NCBI GenBank assembly: GCA_000092065.1
Contig: CP000590.1
Strand: one strand, 5' to 3'
Length of the DNA stretch: 64,000 bases
Source: Ostreococcus lucimarinus
Lineage: Eukaryota
The notes under the pieces are model-generated. The model made no database searches. It was given only the letters and a program-made list of their open reading frames with translations, and was not told where the DNA came from. How positions within the stretch are numbered: the first letter of the stretch is position 1; every line of letters begins with the position of its first letter. The position numbers and the translations under genes are program-made. Of the stretch, positions 55,113-64,000 are shown one piece after another.

Positions 55113-57266
55113 ATGTCGGCTTCGAAACGTCCCGGCGCGCGTCCGCGTGCGCACGCGCGCCTCGACGATCGCACCGCCTTCGCTTACGACCTTGAGGCTG
55201 CCAATTACGACGACGACGCGAGTAAGTACGGCAAACGTCGTCGTTCCAGTCGCCATGGATTTGCCAACTGTAATCAGTTTTTGAACACTCTGCGCGCGCT
55301 ATTCGCGCCCACGAGTCGCGTCAACGTCGCACGTTTATGCTGCGCGATCGCAGTGACTGTATTGCTCGCGCAAGTGGCGTCGAAATCGTCGGAGACGGCG
55401 TCGCCGACGCGCGTGGGTACGGAATTAGATTTGGGTTTGCTGCAGGTTGAACCTCCAAAGGGACGCCGAGGCGAAGCCTTGGCGCCGAGCGCGACGAAAC
55501 GATACGCGAAGAGCGCGGATGATTTGCGACGAACGAACGGAGGGTACAGTAGTGGTGCTCCGCGGAACAGGGCGAAGCTGATCCCGCGAATCGTGCATCA
55601 GACGTTCAAGTCGCGCGGGACGCTCACGGAGAAGGACAAGGCGATGATGCAGACGTGGCGAGCGCAGAATCCAGAGTGGGAGATACGGTTCTACGACGAC
55701 GAGGACTGCACGCGGTTCGTGCAGGAGCATTTTCCGGATTATTACGATGCGTATGCGGCGTTGGTGAAGAAGGTAGAACGGAGCGATTTCTTTCGGTATT
55801 TGGTGATTTTGAAGCACGGCGGCGTGTACGCGGACATCGACACTGAGTGTCGAAAGCCTTTGGATGATATGATCGATGCGAAGGACACACTGATCGTCGG
55901 CTGGGAGAACGAGTTCGAATCAGACGCAAAGGCGTACTCGAGACACTTCGTGCGAAGACGACAAGTGTTGAATTGGGCGTTCGCGGGCGCGCCAGGGCAT
56001 CCCGCGCTCCTCGCCGTCGCCGAACACATCAACGCTGGTGCGAAGCGAGTGTTCACCAAGGCTTCGAATCGTAACACGCTAGAGCGTACGGGACCGGGTG
56101 CGTTTACTGATACCATCATGTCGCACTTTGAAGGGCTTCGTACGGGTGGGAAGACGTTTTGGAACGTTCGAGTGTTGCCGAAAGTCGTGCTCGGCACGCA
56201 TCCGCTCGGCGAGGAGGGCGTGAGCCAAAAACACCCAGACGTCGTCATCGCGCACAGATACTCGGGTGGGTGGAAGAAAAAAACTGGCTGGAATGGGAAG
56301 AGGCGCTGGTATGACCACATCGCGATTCTCTGGCACTCGATCATGAGCGATCTTCCGGCGTACCGCGAGAAGCTTGCGGCGCGAGACGAGCACTTTCAAA
56401 TGCCCTTGGTCGATCCGAAGAGGGAGTACCCGGTGACAGCGCTCTGGGAGCCCGCGTTCGATCTCATGACGCCATTGGTTGGCACGATGGAGGAAAACGA
56501 CGCGTCATCAAAAAGCGAGCATCGCAGCGCGGAAGGGTACTGGTTGACACTGTACGGTAGACCGAAAGTGGTGACGCACAGCCCTCTGCGCGCCGGGCAA
56601 AATCCGGCGGAAATCCTTTTTGCCGGTTTGGAGCGACACGCAGGGAAACACATTCCTGAGCGCGCCGTCTTTATTGATATTGGTGCCGGTTTAGGGTATT
56701 ATTCCAACGCAGCCGCATCCCACGGGGACGACGTGTACTCGTACGAGTGGGATGAGACGTTATTAGCAAACTTTAAGACGTCAGTTGAGTACAACAACTT
56801 TGGCGACCATGTGAAAATCAGCGCGGATTTGGGCGAATTGAAGAGCGGCGAGGCGTTTAGGGATATGCTTCTCAAGACGAAAAAGATAGACGCCATGCGT
56901 ATCGCAGGTCGAGGGTATGAGATGGACATTTTAGACGGTTTCAAGATGTTTGTGGCGGCGGGTGATTTTCCTATGGCGTTACTTTTGGAGATGCGCCCGG
57001 CGCTCATTGAGGCGTCAACAAAGCATTCGACCGAGGACATCATCGCCATGTTTCAGTACTTGTGGAGCAATGGCTACACTGATATTGGGCACGTGGGTCC
57101 GGCGTGTGATGGGCGGGGCGTGCGCAAAATCAAGACAAAAGGGCTTAAAAGTCAGTTTGAGAACACGGCGTGGTGCAGAATCGACATTGCGAGCGTCAAA
57201 GGCGTCCTCAGCGCCATGAGCGAGGATGAGTTTGAAACCATCATCATGTTCTCAGATAGACATTGA
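55113..57266 (+). CDS. Type-II membrane glycosyltransferase (GT32 / Och1-like, Gly_transf_sug) fused to a C-terminal FkbM-family methyltransferase domain
   Basis: Signal-anchor VARLCCAIAVTVLLAQVA. GT32 core IPRIVHQTFKS...WEIRFYDDEDC...RSDFFRYLVILKHGGVYADIDTEC (DxD-like). C-terminal half VFIDIGAGLGYYSNAAASHGDDVYSYEWDE...MRIAGRGYEMDILDG resembles Methyltransf_21/FkbM. The ORF-track start at 54777 overlaps the DHHC gene, so the Met at 55113 is preferred. Confidence 0.7.
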   Translation: MSASKRPGARPRAHARLDDRTAFAYDLEAANYDDDASKYGKRRRSSRHGFANCNQFLNTLRALFAPTSRVNVARLCCAIAVTVLLAQVASKSSETASPTRVGTELDLGLLQVEPPKGRRGEALAPSATKRYAKSADDLRRTNGGYSSGAPRNRAKLIPRIVHQTFKSRGTLTEKDKAMMQTWRAQNPEWEIRFYDDEDCTRFVQEHFPDYYDAYAALVKKVERSDFFRYLVILKHGGVYADIDTECRKPLDDMIDAKDTLIVGWENEFESDAKAYSRHFVRRRQVLNWAFAGAPGHPALLAVAEHINAGAKRVFTKASNRNTLERTGPGAFTDTIMSHFEGLRTGGKTFWNVRVLPKVVLGTHPLGEEGVSQKHPDVVIAHRYSGGWKKKTGWNGKRRWYDHIAILWHSIMSDLPAYREKLAARDEHFQMPLVDPKREYPVTALWEPAFDLMTPLVGTMEENDASSKSEHRSAEGYWLTLYGRPKVVTHSPLRAGQNPAEILFAGLERHAGKHIPERAVFIDIGAGLGYYSNAAASHGDDVYSYEWDETLLANFKTSVEYNNFGDHVKISADLGELKSGEAFRDMLLKTKKIDAMRIAGRGYEMDILDGFKMFVAAGDFPMALLLEMRPALIEASTKHSTEDIIAMFQYLWSNGYTDIGHVGPACDGRGVRKIKTKGLKSQFENTAWCRIDIASVKGVLSAMSEDEFETIIMFSDRH

Positions 57267-57271
57267 ATCGT

Positions 57272-58063
57272 TTATTTATTTATTCGCGTTGGACTATTGA
57301 GATAAGTCGTGCGCGCCTTCGCCGCGCGTCGTTTGAAACTCACCTCACGGCGTTCGGCGTCCTCCATCGCGCGTCGCCGCCCCTCCTCCGCGCGCGCGTC
57401 CGCTTTAAGTCTGCGCGATCTTGCGAGTTCTATCTCGTTTCGACGCTGCTTTCTGACCTTGTTTTCGACTACCACCTTGTGTGGCGCGATCGGAAGTGCG
57501 ACGATCGCGTCGGACATCTTCTCTGGGGGGCGCAGCGTTCGTGCGGCTTCGCGAAGTTGATCGTCGGCGACCAGGCGCAACGTCTGATACACCTCTTCCT
57601 CCCACGAGCGTCCTCGCCGACGTGCACAATCGAACGTGCGCGCGCACTCTGACTTGACGTGTGCGCACGTCGCATCGCGATCGTCCGAACACTCGCTCTC
57701 AATGCGCGCGAAGACGATGGCTTTGAGCGTCAACGTCGCGAGCCCACTCGCTGGCGCGCAGTCGAGCTCGACGAATCCTCGCAACAAGCGAAACAATCCA
57801 CCGCGAGCGAGGCGCGCGACACTCGGGGCTGGATCGCGACACACGCGCGCGCATACTCTGATGACGTCTCGAACGACAGTTTCGTCGTCACCCGCGACCG
57901 TTGCAGACGCTACGCACGCGCACGCCGCCTCGAGAGCCGCGGTCAACGCCGCGAGGCGAACAGCGATGGGTCCGTCAAGGTAGCGCGTCGCACTTTGCAC
58001 GCGCTCCGCCAACGACGCATCACATTTGTCAATTCCTGTAATCGCTAAGATGGCACCATGCAT
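57272..58063 (-). CDS. Hypothetical protein with basic coiled-coil C-terminus
   Basis: Biased codons. C-terminal KVVVENKVRKQRRNEIELARSRRLKADARAEEGRRRAMEDAERRE. Its stop lies only 6 bp from the stop of the convergent GT32 gene. Family not recognised. Confidence 0.4.
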   Translation of the reverse strand: MHGAILAITGIDKCDASLAERVQSATRYLDGPIAVRLAALTAALEAACACVASATVAGDDETVVRDVIRVCARVCRDPAPSVARLARGGLFRLLRGFVELDCAPASGLATLTLKAIVFARIESECSDDRDATCAHVKSECARTFDCARRRGRSWEEEVYQTLRLVADDQLREAARTLRPPEKMSDAIVALPIAPHKVVVENKVRKQRRNEIELARSRRLKADARAEEGRRRAMEDAERREVSFKRRAAKARTTYLNSPTRINK

Positions 58064-58165
58064 ACGAAGACGCGCGGACGCGTCGCGTTGTGCCGCACAA
58101 CTAAATCTTCACACCGCTGCGTTTATTTTTACATGCGTCGTCGTCGTCTCAATCGTCTATCCATG

Positions 58166-58924
58166 TCATTCGTTCCTGATATCGCTCAGGATGTTTTCGA
58201 TATCATCCTTCGTAACGACGCCATCGGCGCCCTTTTGCGCAGCCAAACCGGACAGTCTCTGCATGAGCTTATCCTTGAACCCGGCGAACGCGCTCGCCAT
58301 GTTCATCTGCTGATTCATCGGAAGCGTGGCGAACGCCGCCATCGAGGCGTTTTCCAAACTCTCTCCACTCGCCGCATCGAGCGCACCTTGCGCCTCCAAT
58401 ATCTCCCGCATCGTCGTCGGTACGTCCGCGCCGCACCCATCGCCCTCGCACTCGTCGTCATCGTCATCGTCGTCGCCCTCGCGTCGCCAACGAAACACCC
58501 CGTCCTCGTCGGCGTGCGTCAGCTCGCGCGCCTCTCCGCTCAGAAACGACACCTTCCGCAATTCCGCCTCGAACCCATCCCGCGCGTCGTACAACAACGC
58601 GAACGCCGTCCCCGCCTTCGCCTCCCCCTCCGCGTCCCCTTCGCACACGACGCACGGCCACCACGTCACCGCGACTTCGGTTTCGTCCTCGTCTCGCGCC
58701 TCGCCGTCCTCGCCCCCCTCCCCCCGTCCCGGTTCCACCTCCCACTGCACCTCCAACCGATCGCCCGCGCGCACGCGCCTCCCGAACCGATCCACCGCCA
58801 CCTCGACCGCCGCGCGTCCGTCGCTCGCCGCGTCGTCCGCCCTCGCGCGCTTCACCGCCGCCCCGTCGTCCCTCGTCGCGTCTTCGCCATCCTCGCGTTC
58901 GCGTCGCACCGTCGCGCTCGACAT
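58166..58924 (-). CDS. Hypothetical acidic nuclear-type protein (possible Tudor/Agenet-like barrel)
   Basis: RFGRRVRAGDRLEVQWEVEPG...VAVTWWPCVVCEGD...AFALLYDARDGFEAELRKVSFL beta-rich segment. Poly-Asp run. Conserved-looking C-terminus ...KDDIENILSDIRNE. Unassigned. Confidence 0.4.
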   Translation of the reverse strand: MSSATVRREREDGEDATRDDGAAVKRARADDAASDGRAAVEVAVDRFGRRVRAGDRLEVQWEVEPGRGEGGEDGEARDEDETEVAVTWWPCVVCEGDAEGEAKAGTAFALLYDARDGFEAELRKVSFLSGEARELTHADEDGVFRWRREGDDDDDDDECEGDGCGADVPTTMREILEAQGALDAASGESLENASMAAFATLPMNQQMNMASAFAGFKDKLMQRLSGLAAQKGADGVVTKDDIENILSDIRNE

Positions 58925-59172
58925 CCTCGCGCGGTCCTATCGCTCGCGCGTCGCGCTTCGGTCGTCGCGTCCGTCCGCGTCGCCGTCGCCGTCGTCGCGC
59001 GTCCGCGTGTCGCGCCGCGCGCGCCGCGCAACCATCCGTCGCGTCGTTCGAATCGCGTTTTGAAATTTGAATTCAAACCGTCGGTGCGAATGCGAAAAAA
59101 ACGCGATACGAACCGTCGCACCCCTATTTTTTTAGGGTCGCGCGAAACGACGCTTCGCGACGCTTTGCCGCT

Positions 59173-60192
59173 TTGCCGCGCGTCGACCGCGACGCGCGAC
59201 ACACGACGACGACGACGACGATGATGACGACGACGACGACGACGACGACGCTGACGACGCTGACGACGGCGACGCGAGGGACGGCGCGACGCGCGACGCG
59301 AACGGTCGCGCGCGTCGCGCGACCGACTTTCGCGAGGGCGACCGCGGTCGGCGGGGCGTCGCGGACGCGAACGACGCGCGCGCGACGGGGCGGCGCGGTG
59401 GTGACGCGCGCGGACGCGCTGGCGCCGCCGGCGGTGTTCGACGCGGCGTGCGCGGCGAGCGAGAAGAAGAGCGCGCAGGCGCCGACGACGACGCTGACGC
59501 TGGGGTTCGCGGCGGGGGCGTTGATTGGCTTGGGCGCGCTGCTCATGACGTGCGTGGGGGGGGCGTCGCCGGCGTTGGCGGCGAATAATCCCGGGTTGAG
59601 CGCGTTCGTGAAAGGCGCGATCGGGCTCCCGGCGGGGCTGACGATGGTGATTCTGACGGGCGCGGAGCTGTTCACGGGGAACGTCTTCGTGATGCTGAGC
59701 GGGGCGCTGAACGGCGTCGCGAACGAGCGTCAAGTGGCGCGGTCGTGGGCGCTTTCGTACGCTGGGAACTTTGCGGGCTCGGTGTTCATGGCGTACATGG
59801 CGTACACGGCGATGACGGCGGCGTCGCCGGCGGCGAGCGCGGCGGCGGTGGGGATCGCCACGGCGAAGGCGTCGCTGCCGTTTGTCGCGGCGTTCACCAA
59901 GGGCGTGTTGTGCAACTGGCTCGTGTGTCTCGCTGTTTGGGGAACGATGGCGACGACGTCGGTGGCGGGGAAGATTTTGGCGATCTTTTGGCCCATCACC
60001 ATGTTCGTCGCGCTCGGTTTCGAGCACAGCGTGGCGAACATGTTTTTGATTCCGCACGGGATGCTCCTCGGCGCAAACGTTTCGTGGGCGCAGATGATGA
60101 CGGGCAACATCATTCCGGTGACGCTAGGGAACATCGTCGGCGCCGCAGTCTTCGTCGCGGGCGTGCACTGGCTCGCGTACGGTAAGAAGTGA
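59173..60192 (+). CDS. NAR1: Formate/nitrite transporter (FNT) family, NAR1-type putative chloroplast nitrite channel
   Basis: FNT signature regions LTMVILTGAELFTGNVFVM and LCNWLVCLAVWG...GFEHSVANMF. Six TM helices. N-terminal transit-peptide-like region including a poly-Thr tract encoded by an (ACG)n repeat at about 59203-59262. Confidence 0.85.
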   Translation: MPRVDRDARHTTTTTTMMTTTTTTTTLTTLTTATRGTARRATRTVARVARPTFARATAVGGASRTRTTRARRGGAVVTRADALAPPAVFDAACAASEKKSAQAPTTTLTLGFAAGALIGLGALLMTCVGGASPALAANNPGLSAFVKGAIGLPAGLTMVILTGAELFTGNVFVMLSGALNGVANERQVARSWALSYAGNFAGSVFMAYMAYTAMTAASPAASAAAVGIATAKASLPFVAAFTKGVLCNWLVCLAVWGTMATTSVAGKILAIFWPITMFVALGFEHSVANMFLIPHGMLLGANVSWAQMMTGNIIPVTLGNIVGAAVFVAGVHWLAYGKK

Positions 60193-60285
60193 AAGATATT
60201 TTGATCGTTCGATTCGATTCGCAAGTAACCCCTGGTGTAATTAATTTCAACGACGACGATTTCTATGACTGTACGAGGCGCTCTT

Positions 60286-63189
60286 CTAATAGCGGATGAT
60301 GGCGTCTTCGGGATAACCGAGCGCTTTCAGCGCTGGAATGCACGTGTCTTCCTCGAACGCAGGTGGCCCACACATCACGGCGATGTGCGACGAACCGTTG
60401 GACGGGAAGCCGTGTTGTTGGATGATGGGCAAACTTATGCGCCCGTACGTGACGCGATCCGAGCTCCACTCCGGGCCAGTCTTCCTGTCCGCCGCCCACG
60501 TCTCCTTGGAAATCATGTAGTGCACTTTAAACCGCCCCTTATGCTCGCGCTCGAGACGATCGAGGGTATACTTCAATAGCACATCGTCTTCCGTTTTGTT
60601 GGCGTAAATGAAGGAAAGTTCCGTTTCGTCCTTCTCGTCCGCGAGAACGGCGACGATGAGTTGCAACATCGGCGCGACGCCCGTGCCGCCGCCCAAGAGC
60701 GTCATCTTCTTCACCGGCGGCAAGTCTTTTTTGTCGATGCTAAACAATCCCTGACCGAGATACTTGATGTGACCAACTGGGCCTTTGACGTCAATCTTGT
60801 CACCCTCGTTGAGATGGTGAAGGTATTGTGTCAACGCCCCGCCCTCGGGGTACGCTTCGTGGACGTCGGAATAATAAATCTTAATCACCAGTTCCACAGC
60901 CCCAAGGGTGCCGTTGAGCGAGGAAGGCGTGTACGCGCGCATCACCTTCTTGCCATTCCACTCGCCTCGTAAATATACATGATAACCCACGGGCATACCA
61001 CACTGATGCTCGTCGCTTTCGAGCTTCAAACGCAAAAGAATGGAATCGTGCGACAGCGGAATTTTGTTTTCAATCTTGAGCTGTAACCATTTCTTCGGGT
61101 TCAGCCCGAGTGGAGCGTTTTCGGGCACGATATGCTTTGCACCCGCCCACATGCGATCGAAAGCCGCCGCTTCCGCGGCTTCACCGAGTAACATCTGGCC
61201 GAACGCCTCCTTGTGTTCTTCGTAAAACTTGACGAGATGCACCGGGCCACGTTTGGGCATCGCCGGGAACTCACGCCTGGGCTCGGTTTCGACTCGCTCA
61301 ATTTCGACCGACACATCACTTGAAGCCGCCTGATCTTCCGCACTTCCGACGTCGCCGATATAAAAAGGTTCGAGCTGCTTCCAAGCCTTGGCGCTGTGCA
61401 CGGCTTCGAAATCCTCCGTGGTGTCTTCGCCCGCATTCATGGTAATACTCGCATTACCTCCCGGATGCAGACCTTCCTTCAAGTACGCGTTGACGTCATA
61501 CACCTTACCTTTAACGACAATCCAGCAGTCGTCTTCAGTGTTGTGTTTCTCCACCTCCTCCATGGTGATGTATCTGACATTTTTCTTCGGCGCGGCGGCG
61601 ACGACGGGCGCTTCGTCGGCGGCGTCATTCTTCTGCGAAACTTCTACTTTCTCCGTGTTTACGATCGTCACTTGCACTTCTGAGGCACTCGCACCCACAT
61701 GCCGTTCTTCACCCGCTCGCGCGGCTTCGAGCGCTTCGATCACTGGCTTCCATCCGCCGGCTTCGTTACCCATCCAGCCACCCTTGAGCGCGCCCGGCTC
61801 CGTCGGATGTTCGCATCGAATGTACTTTTGTGCTCTATCGCTCAGCGCCGCGACCGACAGCTTCACGCGGAAGTAGCAATTATTGCCCATACCCATGAGA
61901 TTCCACGTAAAATCTCGCGGCTGCGTGTTGTTCGCTTCGTCCCACGCCCGACACATCACCTCCTTGGCGCTCGCGAGTTCGACGGTGGCGACGTCCAAAT
62001 CCCAAAAGATCCAGCACCAGTGCTTGCCGTACATCGTCGGTGCGAATGGACGACGAATGTTGGCCAATCTCCAGGTGTAACCACCGTCAAGGCTCACCTC
62101 AACGCGCGTGATCGCGCGTCCTCCGCCCGTGTACGCGTACCCTTTCACTTCGTACCGCTCGCGGTCGAGCGGCACGCACTCGTCGTGCGCGGGCGACGCG
62201 ATGGCGCTGTTGATGTTGAGCTCGTTGAAAATGTACTCCGGCTTCTCCCACCAGTTTTGCTTATCCGCCATCGCCGCGTCCACGCCTGGAGGCATGATGC
62301 GGTTATCGCGGAAATGATAAAAGTTGTCGCTCGGATGCTCCGTGACGCGAATCGTCGTGAGGTACTTGATCATTCTGCCGCCGATGTAGCCGGGGATGAT
62401 CAAGCGCACGGGAAACCCGTGATCGGGTCGAAGTGCCTCACCGTTTTGCGCGTAACACACCATGACATCTTGCGCCGGGTCGAGCGCCTTGCTCAAGGGA
62501 ATGCTCGTTCCGTACGTTCCATCCTTACCCTTCGGCAGCTCCCCCTTCGGTCCCTCAAAGCACACAAAGCGTCGCTTCGCCGTCACCTCGGTCACCCCGC
62601 ACTCGGCGAGCAAAATCCGCAGCGGCACCCCGGTCCAGAGCGAGTTCGACAATCCAGCCGCGCCCCATCCGAATCCAATCGTCTTTTCATACATATTCTG
62701 CTCCTTTCTCCGATTTCCCGCGCACACGAGCAAGCACGGCATCGTCATCGCCGGCTTGCGCAACAACGCGTCCATCCCGTACGTCCTCCCCTTGCCCGAG
62801 TCGCTCACCTCCACCCTCACCTCGTGCGCGTCCCACGCGATGTTCTGCGCCGCCCCGTGATTCCTGACGAAGTGCAGCTCCGCCGGCGTCACGCTCCCCG
62901 CCTCCATCAGCGCTCGCAGCGGAGGCTCGCAGTTGAACGGGTGCGTCCCCGTCAGGCGCACCAGGCTCGGGTGTCTCGCCACCCAGTGATCGGGCGTGTT
63001 CAGGTCGCGTCCGTCCGCGCGCGCGCCCTCCGCTTTGGCCCTCGTCAGCGCGCCGCGATGTCCATCGCACGCCAGCAGCGCGCGCTGCACGTCGACGTCG
63101 TCCATCGGCAGCGCGCGCGGTCCCGCGCGCGCGCATCGCCCGTCCTCGTTTCCCTTGACGCGCGCGCCGCGCGCGCCGAACGCGCCCAT
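60286..63189 (-). CDS. NIA: Assimilatory nitrate reductase [NAD(P)H] (Mo-cofactor, cytochrome b5 heme and FAD/NAD(P)H domains)
   Basis: Moco/dimerisation domain (HFVRNHGAAQ...CAGNRRKE...). Cyt b5 heme domain (DDCWIVVKGKVYDVNAYLKEGLHPGGNASITMNAGEDTTEDFEAVHS). Ferredoxin-reductase-type FAD/NADH domain (RAYTPSS, GGTGVAP, CGPP) at the C-terminus. About 967 aa. Confidence 0.93.
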   Translation of the reverse strand: MGAFGARGARVKGNEDGRCARAGPRALPMDDVDVQRALLACDGHRGALTRAKAEGARADGRDLNTPDHWVARHPSLVRLTGTHPFNCEPPLRALMEAGSVTPAELHFVRNHGAAQNIAWDAHEVRVEVSDSGKGRTYGMDALLRKPAMTMPCLLVCAGNRRKEQNMYEKTIGFGWGAAGLSNSLWTGVPLRILLAECGVTEVTAKRRFVCFEGPKGELPKGKDGTYGTSIPLSKALDPAQDVMVCYAQNGEALRPDHGFPVRLIIPGYIGGRMIKYLTTIRVTEHPSDNFYHFRDNRIMPPGVDAAMADKQNWWEKPEYIFNELNINSAIASPAHDECVPLDRERYEVKGYAYTGGGRAITRVEVSLDGGYTWRLANIRRPFAPTMYGKHWCWIFWDLDVATVELASAKEVMCRAWDEANNTQPRDFTWNLMGMGNNCYFRVKLSVAALSDRAQKYIRCEHPTEPGALKGGWMGNEAGGWKPVIEALEAARAGEERHVGASASEVQVTIVNTEKVEVSQKNDAADEAPVVAAAPKKNVRYITMEEVEKHNTEDDCWIVVKGKVYDVNAYLKEGLHPGGNASITMNAGEDTTEDFEAVHSAKAWKQLEPFYIGDVGSAEDQAASSDVSVEIERVETEPRREFPAMPKRGPVHLVKFYEEHKEAFGQMLLGEAAEAAAFDRMWAGAKHIVPENAPLGLNPKKWLQLKIENKIPLSHDSILLRLKLESDEHQCGMPVGYHVYLRGEWNGKKVMRAYTPSSLNGTLGAVELVIKIYYSDVHEAYPEGGALTQYLHHLNEGDKIDVKGPVGHIKYLGQGLFSIDKKDLPPVKKMTLLGGGTGVAPMLQLIVAVLADEKDETELSFIYANKTEDDVLLKYTLDRLEREHKGRFKVHYMISKETWAADRKTGPEWSSDRVTYGRISLPIIQQHGFPSNGSSHIAVMCGPPAFEEDTCIPALKALGYPEDAIIRY

Positions 63190-63780
63190 CGCGACTCGCG
63201 CGCGACGCTCGACGCCTCGAAACGCTCGACGCTCGACGCGCGTCCTCGCGCGTCGTCCGTCGTCGTCGCGTCGCGTCGGAATCTGCCGCCGCGCGCGTCG
63301 TCGCGTCGTCGACTCGACGTCGTCGACGTCCCGCCGCGCCGGTTCGACTCCGCCGACGTCGCGACGTCGCGGTCGGCGCGACCCCGACGCGCGCGCGCCG
63401 ACCCGACGGCGCGATCGCGCGAGTCACGATTCGTCGCGCGCGTCGTTTTTTTTTTTCTCGCCGGCGTCGCGTCCCGCCGCGCCGCGCGATCGGTCGACGC
63501 CCCGGCGACGGGTCGCGCGACAAAGCGTCGCGAAGCGTCGCGACCGCCGACGCTTCGCGTCGCTTTGACCTCGTATGGGCAAACAGTCACACGCGTGTGT
63601 CGACCGCGCGTCCGACGCGCGTCGGCGCCGCACACCGCGACGCTCGGTCGCGAGCGCGCGCGCGTCGACCTCCGGACGCGAGCGAACGCGCTCGAGCGCG
63701 CGGCGCGTCGAGCGACGCGAGGGCGCGTCGAGCGACGCGAGGACGCGGCGCGAGGGATCGCGGGACGACGACGACGACGA

Positions 63781-64000
63781 TGGACGCGGCGCGAGGGACG
63801 GCGACGACGGCGACGACGGTGAGGCGCGCGGTGCGGGCGCGCGGAGGACGCGCGGTGCGCGAGACGCGCGGCGCGCGGGCGCGGGACGCGCGACGAGGGA
63901 CGCCGCGGGCGGTGGTGGAGCCGGAGGGGGCGTCGGCGGGCGACGCGTCGGCGTCGGCGTCGGCGGGCGACGCGTTGAAGTGGCAGGCCGAGGACGCGGC
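63781..64000 (+). CDS. Possible 5' end of a further gene divergent from nitrate reductase (runs off window end)
   Basis: An ATG at 63781 opens a frame with no stop before the window end: MDAARGTATTATTVRRAVRARGGRAVRETRGARARDARRGTPRAVVEPEGASAGDASASASAGDALKWQAEDA. It looks like a transit peptide, but the region is GC-rich low complexity, so confidence is low. Confidence 0.2.

Noticed and set aside
1-64000. Prokaryotic-style features (operons, CRISPR arrays, IS elements, phage or defence islands)
   Set aside because: Spliceosomal introns, transit peptides, and eukaryote-specific genes (VPS4, kinesin-14, Wee1, SRP54, UBL5, STRAP, MCU, DHHC) show this is a nuclear eukaryotic region. No direct-repeat/spacer arrays, terminal inverted repeats, transposase or integrase motifs were seen.

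Overview
This is a very GC-rich, gene-dense eukaryotic nuclear window, not a prokaryotic one. Codon third positions are overwhelmingly G/C, intergenic spacers are tiny (often under 150 bp), and at least three short GT..AG spliceosomal introns are present. By inference, the gene content and compaction fit a prasinophyte picoalga (Mamiellophyceae, Micromonas-like). I can support about 46 protein-coding genes on both strands, almost all as single exons. Three genes (mitochondrial carrier, aldo-keto reductase, UBL5) require a short intron whose donor is GTGCGT in each case. Families recognised from motifs include RsgA GTPase, SRP54, PepN-type M1 aminopeptidase, ribokinase, biotin synthase and KAPA synthase, VPS4, DNA ligase I, a REV1-like Y-family polymerase, Wee1 kinase, kinesin-14, RsmG, a COQ6/UbiH monooxygenase, an MFS transporter, MCU, STRAP, V-ATPase subunit B, a DHHC palmitoyltransferase, a NAR1-type formate/nitrite transporter and assimilatory nitrate reductase. 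I found no rRNA, tRNA, CRISPR array or recognisable transposon. Many ORFs in the supplied six-frame track are arginine/alanine-rich antisense or GC-driven artefacts and are rejected. The most notable items are a convergent nitrate-assimilation gene pair (NAR1-like transporter plus nitrate reductase) at the 3' end of the window, a GT32 glycosyltransferase fused to an FkbM-type methyltransferase domain, an E2 acyltransferase-like protein that lacks a lipoyl domain and the catalytic His, a TaqI/HemK-like NPPY methyltransferase, several unannotated small ORFs, and microsatellites sitting in bidirectional promoters. Family assignments come from recalled motifs and from one remembered sequence (E. 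coli PepN), not from searches. Exact start codons are uncertain because of long R/A-rich presequences.
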